Source: Sphingobacterium thalpophilum
GTDB taxonomy: Bacteria > Bacteroidota > Bacteroidia > Sphingobacteriales > Sphingobacteriaceae
Length of the DNA stretch: 64,000 bases
Assembly: GCA_943371235.1 (NCBI GenBank)
Contig: CALRTZ010000003.1
Location: 32,138 to 96,137 of the forward strand
Reading direction: 5' to 3'
Position 1 is the stretch's first letter. Each line of letters opens with the position of its first letter. Made by a program: the position numbers and the translations under genes. This document shows, piece by piece, positions 30,301-38,276 of this stretch. A model generated the notes under the pieces. It was not told the origin of the DNA. It saw only the letters and a program-made list of their open reading frames with translations, and made no database searches.

Positions 30301-31652
30301 GATTTAATTTTATTCAAGCCTTCCAATGCACCTGCTTCACCTATTATTTCTCCAAAAAAGTGTAAAAAATATTGTGCACCAATAGGAACGTTTGCTCCTT
30401 GGTGTGGGGCATCAAATGAAAGATAGGTGCCAACATTGTGTGGTATATTATCTTTCTCCATTTTAGCCAATGCATACTTTGCAATAAGTCCACCCATACT
30501 CGGACCCACAATCATTACTTTATCCGTTGTTCTTGCATTTATGTATTCTAATAATTGAATAACCCCTAAGGCATTTCGTTCAATATAATCTGCACCGTCT
30601 GGGAAATTGCACACAATTAAATCATGCCCTTCGGCCCTTAAATAATCTGCTAATTTCACAGGCTGTTCATTCATCAAATCATAAATGTTCCCTACTTTTC
30701 TTACTTCTCCCGGATCAAATCCATCTAATACCAAAATAGGTTTCGTTAATTTCTCCGACACTGTATTGGTACATTTGCTGTAGTACAAACCGAATTCATA
30801 CGTGCAGCCTGCCACAAAAGAAGAGAAATCATTAAAAGTTGCGGTGGTAATGCCTTGCTTAAAATCGCAAGGTGCGGTTCCACTACTTAGCACGGCAAAA
30901 CTAGATTCGGAGGTGTATGTTTCAGAACTAGAATATACAATGGTATACCTAAATGTATTTTTACCGATGGTATTGAAATTACATGATAAACTATCACCAT
31001 ACTTTAATACATATTCCGGTTGATCGTCGTTCTCAAAATCTATTTTTATAAATTCTATTTTCTCTTTAGTGTTAGAAAATACATAAGACTTATCAAATAC
31101 GAATGTTTGTTTGCCCGAAAAAATATGATTGCTGAGAATTGACAAATTGGTTACTTGGTCTAACAAATAAGGCGATTGTGGATTTGTTTTTGTTCTAATT
31201 AATTGCTTGTCTAGTTCCTTAATTCGTCCGTCTTTATAAGCATTTGAATCAATGTACTCAAAATTGAAATGTATAATGCCGATGGGTGTTTTACTATTTC
31301 GGATAACGTACTTTTTTACTTTTGAAGTATACGCATCAAAGTTAAGTTTATGATCCTTATCGTAATCGGCATTATACATTTCTAAATAAATTTGTTTCCA
31401 ATAATGGTAATCTCTTTGAATAGAATCTCGCTCCTCTTGTTTAAATAATTGTTTGTTTAGTTTTGCAAATGGAAATACCCTGTTGTATAAAATGCTTGTC
31501 TGCATTTCTGTTCGATCTAACTTTTCTGCCATTAAATCAAACCTTTCTACCAGTGTTGTATCTCCGGCTTTTGTAGTTTTACTCATTAACGCACTTACCA
31601 AAATGAACAAACTTGTCATGATGGTTTTTTTCACTCTTCCCATACTCTTCAA
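27381..31652 (-). CDS. giant secreted protein: alpha/beta-hydrolase (lipase-like) domain, right-handed beta-helix repeats and T9SS C-terminal sorting domain
   Basis: Signal peptide; GxSxG nucleophile elbow (MIVGPSMGGLIAKYA). Long N/G/I-rich pectate-lyase-like repeats (NNNRHGITG, NNNEIAI...). C-terminal LMPNPTNGLFEV...GMYLVHVKT matches a type-A T9SS CTD. Confidence 0.8.
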   Translation of the reverse strand: MKSMGRVKKTIMTSLFILVSALMSKTTKAGDTTLVERFDLMAEKLDRTEMQTSILYNRVFPFAKLNKQLFKQEERDSIQRDYHYWKQIYLEMYNADYDKDHKLNFDAYTSKVKKYVIRNSKTPIGIIHFNFEYIDSNAYKDGRIKELDKQLIRTKTNPQSPYLLDQVTNLSILSNHIFSGKQTFVFDKSYVFSNTKEKIEFIKIDFENDDQPEYVLKYGDSLSCNFNTIGKNTFRYTIVYSSSETYTSESSFAVLSSGTAPCDFKQGITTATFNDFSSFVAGCTYEFGLYYSKCTNTVSEKLTKPILVLDGFDPGEVRKVGNIYDLMNEQPVKLADYLRAEGHDLIVCNFPDGADYIERNALGVIQLLEYINARTTDKVMIVGPSMGGLIAKYALAKMEKDNIPHNVGTYLSFDAPHQGANVPIGAQYFLHFFGEIIGEAGALEGLNKIKSPAAREMLIHYYFPFSVNPQSHNFRSRYLINCSTNSLPGSNGYPTKTRNVALINGSETKQTQGISGLLFSLNIGIFGNALNAARGNVYASPNSGTAVVADLRAINPNNFYQLETYVRQASVILNNPYPTSLDNAPGGRYDTQYQLTHSNGVLRSGFTLYHAHHNFIPSVSALDIKYADGHTNYMFGIKDAKILCNNLTPFVSYYAPEQNEAHVLITQNNSAWLKRELRNGTRTVHASSDTKVIRAGKNFNYGVNTQDFYIESFEVKDDGILGINIHEPTGYNNEARPARNSNFVVDGYNVKCNPITIKVSNRGIIKIGHWGYSNGELRISENSILHLDDLAKLEVFNTSKLVIEKGSKLVIGKNVDINLFDNNSIIIIEGALEIEDDAILSFTGAGQLHIKTTDIILGKNSKIKLLGSGKNDVVLSIEDGKNIGFPFTLNSNNLFEVKNARIDLLGTASYINSAIATSLINCTINGGNGIFLNGQADVQIQSCTFNNNRHGITGYLTNIESYNIVGNPLVVESCEFNNNEIAIRVFGKGFDLRNVMSNNCKKVITADAMNITSYITNCTFTGSNLQTTFPFNNAAVQFVSNSNTSLTIFNTYINNYNVGVYASQGILNLNCSEILDANYYSVWVANNAVLNMSPVANAGSNTLSVKARLNNRTICLDNASNINIANGFNRFKIDADQNNFFVAGTMTNIPNAINFKGNNWYTRINSNTFLNPPSQKFYFVSLNAAPSSARIQNFLVAPVMAFASTNGCALAGQGTGLPIIDSTKDQEAYENHNNKSINLYIENQEKYNRLVEQAQLKCNTGLFEQALQEYRNALMYVDNPSTENHLNYWTCITEAKIKISRNSYSIQQIDSILTECPEINKYKIEPDLLNNINQQNNMKKEEVTLMPNPTNGLFEVLLNDENSKIYSVSIFSLQGKLLKEVAISQSPSLVKLSLKGYSPGMYLVHVKTSKSELIKKIVLTAEK

Positions 31653-31857
31653 TTTTTAATGTTCAACCATATGTTATTTTACTTTAAACATGTGGATGCA
31701 TTATCAAGAAGAAATTATTTTTACTTAGCTATTATTAAATTGTTGTTGAAAAAACCATAATCCCATTCGATAATTATCCTACACGCGCTAAAAATAAATA
31801 GCATAGCTTTCATATCCTATTCATGGTTGGAATAGATTATGAAAATCGGTGAAATAA

Positions 31858-31916
31858 TTGTACAATGTATGTTGTACGCTGTACATTGTACATTGTACAA
31901 AATACATTGTACAATT
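31858..31916. repeat. 7-bp-period array, tgtacat family
   Basis: ttgtacaatgtatgttgtacgctgtacattgtacattgtacaaaatacattgtacaatt. It shares tgtacattgtacattgtaca and ttgtacgctgta with the array at 37729. Confidence 0.85.
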
Positions 31917-31956
31917 AATTAGAGTAGTATGAATTTAGATATTATTACTAAGGGTC

Positions 31957-33252
31957 CTAGTTACACAAGGAGTCAGCGAGGCTTTCCAGTTTCATGCCGC
32001 GTGAGCCTTTTACGAGGATATGCGTATGAGAAGGTTTTATTTCTTGCAAATATTTTTTTGCTTCTTCTGTGGTTTCAAAATAGTGGAACTCGTATTTTTT
32101 GCATGCGTAAAAATCTTTTCCTACAAAAATTACGTGTTCAAATTTTAGGTGATGAATTAATTCTATCATGGCCAAATGCTCTCTCATACTTTCCTCTCCC
32201 ATCTCAAACATGTCTCCTAAAATCAACATTTTTTTATCGGCATGTATTTTAGAAAAGTTTTGTACTGCAGCGGCCATGCTACTTGGGTTTGCATTGTAGG
32301 CATCCATAATTACGTGGTTGCTGCCCATGGTTACTGCTTGTGACCTGTTGTTGCTAGGCTCGTAGCCTTCAATGCCCGCAATCATTTCGGGCAAGCTCAC
32401 TTCAAAATAATTGCCAATGCATATAGAGGCTAAAATATTATTTAAATTATAGTCGCCTACTAATTTAGTTTGTATCTGCGTAAATTCTGTTTCGTTATTT
32501 AATTTTATATCAACTGATAAAAATGGATCGAAGTTTACAATTCTGCCGCAAACTCTGGCCTTTGCATGCGAACCGAAAAATTCTTTTTTCTCAATGCCTT
32601 CACTCATCTCCATCAAATTAATATCATCTGCATTTATAAAAGCGGTAGCATTATTTATTCTGATGTGATCGTATAATTCTTTCTTTGTTTTCTTCACTCC
32701 TTCAAAACCTCCCATGCCTTCTAAATGTGCTTTGCCCACATTACAAATCAATCCGTATGTAGGGTTTGCAATGTCTGCTAAAAATGCAATTTCTCTTTGA
32801 TGGTTCGCGCCCATTTCTATTATGGCAATTTCAATATCAGCAGTAATGCTCAATAAAGTTAAGGGCACTCCAATATGATTATTCAAATTTCCTTTTGTGG
32901 CAAGAGTCTTGTATTTCTTACTCAATACAGCATTTAATAATTCTTTAGAAGTTGTTTTACCATTAGAACCCGTAATGCCAATAATAGGGATGTTTAATGT
33001 TGATCGATGTTCTTTTGCTAAGTCTTGCAAAGCAGTTAATACATCTTTTACTAAAATGCATTTATCGTTTAACTGAAACTCTTTTTCATCAACCACTACA
33101 TACGCCGCTCCTAATTTTAATGCTTGTTCTGCAAAAGTATTCCCATTAAAGTTCGCACCTTTTAAAGCAAAGAAAATAGAATCTTTTGCAATGTTTCTAG
33201 TGTCGGTAGAAATTGTTGGGTGTTGTAAGTAGAGAGAATAGAGATTAGTCAT
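31957..33252 (-). CDS. murF: UDP-N-acetylmuramoyl-tripeptide--D-alanyl-D-alanine ligase
   Basis: GITGSNGKTTSKE P-loop. Mur ligase middle and C-terminal domain patterns (DAYNANP, GDMFEMG). Confidence 0.92.
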   Translation of the reverse strand: MTNLYSLYLQHPTISTDTRNIAKDSIFFALKGANFNGNTFAEQALKLGAAYVVVDEKEFQLNDKCILVKDVLTALQDLAKEHRSTLNIPIIGITGSNGKTTSKELLNAVLSKKYKTLATKGNLNNHIGVPLTLLSITADIEIAIIEMGANHQREIAFLADIANPTYGLICNVGKAHLEGMGGFEGVKKTKKELYDHIRINNATAFINADDINLMEMSEGIEKKEFFGSHAKARVCGRIVNFDPFLSVDIKLNNETEFTQIQTKLVGDYNLNNILASICIGNYFEVSLPEMIAGIEGYEPSNNRSQAVTMGSNHVIMDAYNANPSSMAAAVQNFSKIHADKKMLILGDMFEMGEESMREHLAMIELIHHLKFEHVIFVGKDFYACKKYEFHYFETTEEAKKYLQEIKPSHTHILVKGSRGMKLESLADSLCN

Positions 33253-33271
33253 TAGTCGTTAGTCTTTAGAC
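33244..33271. repeat. 7-bp-period array, ttagtc family, overlapping the murF start codon
   Basis: attagtc/attagtc/gttagtc/tttagac. Contains the same 19-mer as the 26741 palindrome arm, and is inverted relative to the array at 33604-33635. Confidence 0.8.
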
Positions 33272-33478
33272 GATTCACTTTGTTAATTTATTTTGAAATT
33301 AGTCTGTAAATTTTATTTGCTTTTTGGATGTATAATTTTTGCTGATTTTAGCATTCTATCAATTCGAATTAATTTCATAAGTACGTAAAAACGTTGCTCA
33401 TAAATATTAAGAACTTTTTGATTGCTTGTATTATTATTTTTTGATGTTTCCACATTATAAAGATAATAGGAAAAATTT

Positions 33479-33507
33479 AAATTGTGAATTGTGAATTGTG
33501 AATTGTG
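33479..33507. repeat. 7-bp-period array, gaattgt family
   Basis: aattgtgaattgtgaattgtgaattgtgg. Confidence 0.85.
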
Positions 33508-33554
33508 GGGAAGCAGACCTGAAATTTGAAAATAAGAGATATGAGAAAAAGCTT

Positions 33555-33601
33555 TTAAAAAACAAAAGGCTACGGTGGATCATGTTGATCTGCCGTAGCC
33601 C
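33555..33601 (-). terminator. rho-independent terminator of typA
   Basis: The minus strand reads ggctacgg-17 nt-ccgtagcc followed by ttttgtttttt. Confidence 0.6.
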
Positions 33602-33603
33602 TT

Positions 33604-33635
33604 CTAAAGACTAATGACTAAAGACTAGCGTCTAG
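33604..33635. repeat. 7-bp-period array, ttagtc family in inverted orientation
   Basis: ctaaagactaatgactaaagactagcgtctag, immediately downstream of the typA stop. Confidence 0.8.
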
Positions 33636-33637
33636 CC

Positions 33638-35446
33638 CTACTGTCCTACTTGTTTCTTCTTCTGATTTCTTTCAATCTCAGTTAAGTAAATTTTACGCAA
33701 GCGCATCGATTGTGGAGTTACCTCTACGTACTCGTCTGCTTGTATGTATTCCATTGCTTCTTCTAAAGAGAATTTAATCGCTGGAGCAATACGAGTTGCA
33801 TCGTCTTTACTTGTAGTACGGAAGTTGGTTAATTGTTTACCTTCTGTAATGTTCACGGTCATGTCGGTTTCTCTACTGTTTTCGCCGATAATCATTCCTT
33901 GGTACACTTCTTCACCTGGGTTCACAAAAAATCTTCCTCTGTCTTGTAATTTATCTATACGGTACGCAGTTGCACTACCTTTGTCCATCGAAATTAATAC
34001 ACCACTCATACGTTGTGGGATATCACCTTTCCAAGGCTCGTATGCTTTAAATCTGTGTGCCATAATCGCTTCGCCGGCAGTAGCGGTTAATACGTTGTTA
34101 CGTAAACCAATAATACCACGAGCTGGAATTTCGAATTCTAAATGTTGTAAATCACCTTTTGGTTCCATTACTAATAAATCACCTTTACGTTGAGTTACGA
34201 GTTCAATTACTTTACCCGAAACTTCTGCAGGCACGTCAACAATTAGGGTTTCTACCGGTTCGCATTTTACACCATCAATAACTTTGATGATTACTTGCGG
34301 TTGTCCTACTTGCATTTCGTAGCCTTCTCTACGCATGGTTTCAATTAATACTGATAAATGGAGAATACCACGACCGTATACTAAGTATGCATCTGGTGAA
34401 CCCGCTTCTTCTACACGAAGTGCCAAGTTCTTTTCCATCTCTTTCATTAAACGTTCGCGCAAATGGCGTGATGTTACGAATTTACCTTCTTTACCAAAGA
34501 ATGGGGAGTTATTAATGGTGAACAACATGTTCATGGTTGGTTCATCAATTTTAATAACTGCTAATTGCTCTGGATTTTCAAAATCTGCAATAGTATCGCC
34601 AATTTCAAATCCTTCAATACCTACTACTGCACAAATATCACCGTTATGTACTTCTTCCACTCTAATTTTACCTAGACCTTCAAACGTATATAATTCTTTA
34701 ATTCTTGACTTTACTATTTTACCATCTTTCTTCATTAAAGAAACTGGCATGTTCTCTTTTATCGTACCACGTGCAACTCTACCAATGGCAATACGACCTA
34801 CGAAAGATGAATAATCTAACGAGGTAATCTGCATTTGCAAAGTTCCAGGGTTTTCTACTGGCTCTGGTATGAATTCTAATACAGCATCTAACAATGGAGT
34901 AATGTCTTCTGTTATTTGCGTATAATCTGTACTCATCCATCCTTGTTTAGATGAACCGTAAATAGAAGGGAAGTCTAATTGATCTTCTGTAGCTTCTAAG
35001 TTGAAGAACAATTCGAAAATAGATTCCTGAACTTCCTCCGGGCGACAGTTTTCTTTATCAACCTTATTAATAACTACAATTGGCTTTAAGCCTAATGAAA
35101 GTGCTTTTTGAGTTACGAAACGAGTTTGAGGCATTGCACCTTCAAATGCATCTACTAACAACAAAACGCCATCGGCCATTTTCAATACACGTTCTACTTC
35201 ACCGCCAAAGTCGGCGTGACCAGGAGTATCGATGATGTTGATTTTATAGTCTTTATATTTTACTGAAACGTTTTTAGAAACGATGGTAATACCACGTTCA
35301 CGTTCTAGGTCATTATTATCTAAAATTAAGTCTCCAGTCTCCTCGTTATCTCTAAAAAGGTTGGTTTGGTGTAAAATTTTGTCAACTAACGTTGTTTTTC
35401 CATGATCGACATGGGCAATAATTGCTATATTTCTTACTTTTTGCAT
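33638..35446 (-). CDS. typA: translational GTPase TypA/BipA
   Basis: AHVDHGKTT, DTPGHADF and NKVD G-motifs. EF-G-like domain order with the BipA-specific C-terminus. Confidence 0.97.
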   Translation of the reverse strand: MQKVRNIAIIAHVDHGKTTLVDKILHQTNLFRDNEETGDLILDNNDLERERGITIVSKNVSVKYKDYKINIIDTPGHADFGGEVERVLKMADGVLLLVDAFEGAMPQTRFVTQKALSLGLKPIVVINKVDKENCRPEEVQESIFELFFNLEATEDQLDFPSIYGSSKQGWMSTDYTQITEDITPLLDAVLEFIPEPVENPGTLQMQITSLDYSSFVGRIAIGRVARGTIKENMPVSLMKKDGKIVKSRIKELYTFEGLGKIRVEEVHNGDICAVVGIEGFEIGDTIADFENPEQLAVIKIDEPTMNMLFTINNSPFFGKEGKFVTSRHLRERLMKEMEKNLALRVEEAGSPDAYLVYGRGILHLSVLIETMRREGYEMQVGQPQVIIKVIDGVKCEPVETLIVDVPAEVSGKVIELVTQRKGDLLVMEPKGDLQHLEFEIPARGIIGLRNNVLTATAGEAIMAHRFKAYEPWKGDIPQRMSGVLISMDKGSATAYRIDKLQDRGRFFVNPGEEVYQGMIIGENSRETDMTVNITEGKQLTNFRTTSKDDATRIAPAIKFSLEEAMEYIQADEYVEVTPQSMRLRKIYLTEIERNQKKKQVGQ

Positions 35447-35467
35447 GATGCCGCAAAGGTAGTAAAT

Positions 35468-35503
35468 AATGTGCTAGTTTGCTAATGTGCTAGTGTGCTA
35501 GTG
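35468..35503. repeat. 8-bp-period array, ctagcaca family in inverted orientation
   Basis: aatgtgctagtttgctaatgtgctagtgtgctagtg, just upstream of the typA start. Confidence 0.8.
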
Positions 35504-35539
35504 GAGGGCAAGCACAGTGCATATACAATAAATTTGTGC

Positions 35540-36220
35540 TTAAATGGCTAATGAGGAGCCTATATCCAATAAATGTAGGGTTTTGTTTCTTAATTTAAAT
35601 TTGTGGATGGCTTCTTCATGGTTAATTTTGATGTAGCCAAAGGTATCAAAGTGCATTCCTACAATCTCTTTGCACTGAATAAAGTCGGATGCGAGGATGG
35701 CATCGTCAACATCCATGGTAAAATTATCGCCAATGGGTAAAATGGCAAGATCGGGGCGCCAGTACTCGCCAATAAGCTTCATGTCTTGGTTGAGGGCAGT
35801 ATCTCCAGCGTAATAGATACGCTTCCCATCCACTTCTAAGAGGTATCCTGCCGCTACTCCACCATAGCTACCATCGGGCAGCGAATTAGAATGCGCAGCG
35901 AATACCATTTTCAACTTGCCGAAGGTAAAATTCCAAGAACCACCAATGTTCATAGGGTGTACTTTTTCTATGCCTTGCTTTTTTGCCCACTCGGTTAGTT
36001 CCCAAGAACTAATAAGCACCGCATTCGTTCTTTTGGCTATCGATAATAAATCGGCAATATGATCTAAATGTCCGTGCGATTGAACGATGTAGTCGGCATC
36101 GATTTTAGTGATGTCAATGTGTTTCGCGAGTTCGTTTCCAGAAATAAATGGATCGAACAGTATTTTCGAGTTTGATGTTTCTAAGAGGAAGCAGGAATGG
36201 CCGAGGAAGGTTAGGTTCAT
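35540..36220 (-). CDS. metallo-beta-lactamase-fold metal-dependent hydrolase (UPF0173-like)
   Basis: HxHxDH motif (SHGHLDH). 226 aa. Confidence 0.8.
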   Translation of the reverse strand: MNLTFLGHSCFLLETSNSKILFDPFISGNELAKHIDITKIDADYIVQSHGHLDHIADLLSIAKRTNAVLISSWELTEWAKKQGIEKVHPMNIGGSWNFTFGKLKMVFAAHSNSLPDGSYGGVAAGYLLEVDGKRIYYAGDTALNQDMKLIGEYWRPDLAILPIGDNFTMDVDDAILASDFIQCKEIVGMHFDTFGYIKINHEEAIHKFKLRNKTLHLLDIGSSLAI

Positions 36221-36233
36221 GGTTGGGGGTTTA

Positions 36234-37059
36234 TTTCACGCAAAGGGGCAAAGGAGCAAAGTTTATTAGTTTAAATATAGCAAGAATTTTCATTGTTGCA
36301 CATGCCCGAAGGGCTTAACTAGCTAACTATGGGCGCTGCGCAGCAAGCCCATAGTTACAAAAAGCTGACGCCGACAGAGAGCCCGTAGGGCTCAACAATC
36401 GCCACTTGACAAAAAACGTATACACTTGATATTTGCAAAAAAAGAATATTGTTATGGGGAGTTATTGTTATTTGTACTACCACATTGTTATGGTAGTTGA
36501 TAAAAGGGAAAATGTAATTACTGAAGAGAACGAGCAGAGTTTATACAATTATATTGGAGCATTTTTCAGAAATAAGAAATCACATTTGGAATGTATCAAT
36601 GGAACTGAAAATCATTTGCATTTGCTGGTTCGCATTCATCAATCGTTTTCAATTGCTGACTTAATGCGCGATTTAAAAGTTGCGACCAATAAATTTATCA
36701 AGGAAAACAAACTCTTTCCAAAATTCAAAAAATGGCAAAATGGTTATGCAGCATTTTCGGTTACGTCTTATATGGCCGATAGATTAAAAAAATATATACA
36801 GGATCAAAAAATACATCATAAAAAAACAAAATTCACAAATGAATTTATCGGAATATTAAACAAACATGAAATCGAATTTAATCCGAATGAATTATTCGAT
36901 AATTAATTTCGATATTTTATATTAATATTTCCGATATATCATTTCCATTAAACGATATATCATTTCCATTATCCGATAGCTGGCGCTATCGGCTAGGGAG
37001 TTCAGTCCTTCGGACTGGGGGGGCTTTGCTCCTTTGCTACTTTGCCTCTTTGCGTGAAA
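36234..37059 (+). mobile_element. IS200-like/RAYT-type Y1 transposase cassette bounded by inverted 8-bp-repeat arrays
   Basis: The left end tttcacgcaaaggggcaaaggagcaaag (36234-36261) is the inverted complement of the right end ctttgctcctttgctactttgcctctttgcgtgaaa (37024-37059). GC-rich subterminal hairpins lie at 36325-36356, 36379-36393, 36973-36992 and 37003-37017. The cassette sits between the start of the hydrolase gene and the stop of the DUF2461 gene. Confidence 0.7.
36454..36906 (+). CDS. IS200/IS605-family (REP-associated-like) tyrosine transposase, HUH Y1 type
   Basis: HUH motif in NHLHLLVRI. C-terminal WQNGYAAFSV...LKKYIQDQKIHHKK region typical of TnpA(IS200)/RayT-like proteins. 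ATG at 36454 preferred over the TTG at 36433 used by the ORF track. Confidence 0.8.
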   Translation: MGSYCYLYYHIVMVVDKRENVITEENEQSLYNYIGAFFRNKKSHLECINGTENHLHLLVRIHQSFSIADLMRDLKVATNKFIKENKLFPKFKKWQNGYAAFSVTSYMADRLKKYIQDQKIHHKKTKFTNEFIGILNKHEIEFNPNELFDN

Positions 37060-37063
37060 CAAT

Positions 37064-37726
37064 CTATTTCTCTGTGGCAGCTTCCAAAAACGAAATCAAT
37101 GGTTGCATGGCTACAATGGCATCGGCGATTTTTTTGGCGATGGTTTTTTCTTGCAACTCTGCATCGCTGATGGAATGGAATGCAGTGAAACTTTTCAGTT
37201 TTAGCAATTCGATATCTGGATGATCTTTGGGATAATCTTTGGGTGATGTTTTTAATTTATCTTCTTCACTTAATCCTTCGTAATATTTTTTGAATGTTTT
37301 CGAGTTTAATATTTTCTTTAACTCTGCTCCGTTGTAATCAATTTCTTGACGAATCATTTTTAAGGTTTCAGCAGGTGGCATCCAAAAACCTCCGCCAATA
37401 AAACTTGCATTAGGTTGTATGTGTAAATAAAAACCGGGTCCTTCTACTCCTTTTACTTTGGTTGAAATAGGAATTCCGAAATTTAATTTATAAGGATCTT
37501 TATTTTTAGAAAAACGAACATCTCTGTAAATTCTCATCACCGATTTTGCAGCGTTCACCTCTTTGTACCCAGCATCAAACTTACTTAAGTGTTTCAACAC
37601 TTCTTCTACTAATGAAACTACATTTTCCTTCGCCACATCGTATTCATGCTTGTGCTCTGCGAACCATTCGCGGTTGTTGTTTTTCTTTAAGTTGATGAGG
37701 AAGGCAAGGGTGGGTTTGTGTATCAT
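37064..37726 (-). CDS. DUF2461 family protein
   Basis: FLINLKKNNNREWFAEHKHEY ... RIYRDVRFSKNKDPYK pattern. Start moved to ATG 37726 (MIHKPTL), because the upstream extension reads into a repeat array. Confidence 0.8.
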   Translation of the reverse strand: MIHKPTLAFLINLKKNNNREWFAEHKHEYDVAKENVVSLVEEVLKHLSKFDAGYKEVNAAKSVMRIYRDVRFSKNKDPYKLNFGIPISTKVKGVEGPGFYLHIQPNASFIGGGFWMPPAETLKMIRQEIDYNGAELKKILNSKTFKKYYEGLSEEDKLKTSPKDYPKDHPDIELLKLKSFTAFHSISDAELQEKTIAKKIADAIVAMQPLISFLEAATEK

Positions 37727-37728
37727 AA

Positions 37729-37860
37729 TTGTACGCTGTATGTTGTACATTGTACATTGTACAGCGTACAGTAAATGAGTTATTGAGTTATTGAGTTATT
37801 ATGTTATTGGGCGACATAGTGCAAGTACTATTCACTAGTCACCAGTCACTATTCACTATA
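37729..37860. repeat. three different tandem arrays back to back (tgtacat 7-mer, gagttatt 8-mer, cactagt 7-mer)
   Basis: ttgtacgctgtatgttgtacattgtacattgtacagcgtacag, then gagttattgagttattgagttatt, then ctattcactagtcaccagtcactattcactata. The last array overlaps the 3' end of the DUF983 gene. Confidence 0.85.
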
Positions 37861-38205
37861 CTTAGGTGCAAACAGGTAAAGCAAAATCATTCTTCCGTAT
37901 CTAAAATTGAAACGCGAAGTGGCAAGTACTCCCGTAACAATTACCGTAATGTACACCCAGGTATCTGGATTGTGTGCAAGTATGTAAGTGGAAACACCAA
38001 GAATCACGCTAATTGCAACACTCAGTGCATAGCCAATATACATTGCTCCCCAAAAGAAACCGATCTCTAACTCGTAACGCAAATTGCATTTTGGGCAATA
38101 CGTATACATCGCTTTAAAATCTTTGCTAAATGCGCCGTGTTTGTACACTTCGCCTTCTTGGCAACGTGGGCATTTGCATGCGATTAATGATCCGAGTTTA
38201 CTCAT
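37849..38205 (-). CDS. DUF983 family membrane protein (zinc-ribbon N-terminus)
   Basis: CPRCQEG...CPKC zinc ribbon followed by two TM helices. Start moved to ATG 38205 (MSKLGS); the ORF-track extension translates the gaattgt array (QFTIHNSQFTIH). Confidence 0.75.
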   Translation of the reverse strand: MSKLGSLIACKCPRCQEGEVYKHGAFSKDFKAMYTYCPKCNLRYELEIGFFWGAMYIGYALSVAISVILGVSTYILAHNPDTWVYITVIVTGVLATSRFNFRYGRMILLYLFAPKYSE

Positions 38206-38206
38206 G

Positions 38207-38241
38207 TGAATTGTGAATTGTGAGTTGTGAATTGTGAATTG
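38207..38241. repeat. gaattgt-family array, 35-bp copy identical to 56676-56710
   Basis: tgaattgtgaattgtgagttgtgaattgtgaattg, including the same central variant unit gagttgt. It begins 2 nt upstream of the DUF983 start codon. Confidence 0.9.
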
Positions 38242-38276
38242 AAGCAAGGCTTTTGCGAACTTCAAACATATACTAA

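Noticed and set aside
31929-32252. 107-aa plus-strand ORF
   Set aside because: It is antisense to the 3' half of murF and has no motifs.
36433-36453. TTG start for the IS200-like transposase, as given by the ORF track
   Set aside because: The ATG at 36454 gives MGSYCYLYYHIV..., consistent with the usual few residues before the first beta-strand of Y1 transposases. The extra seven codons are unsupported.
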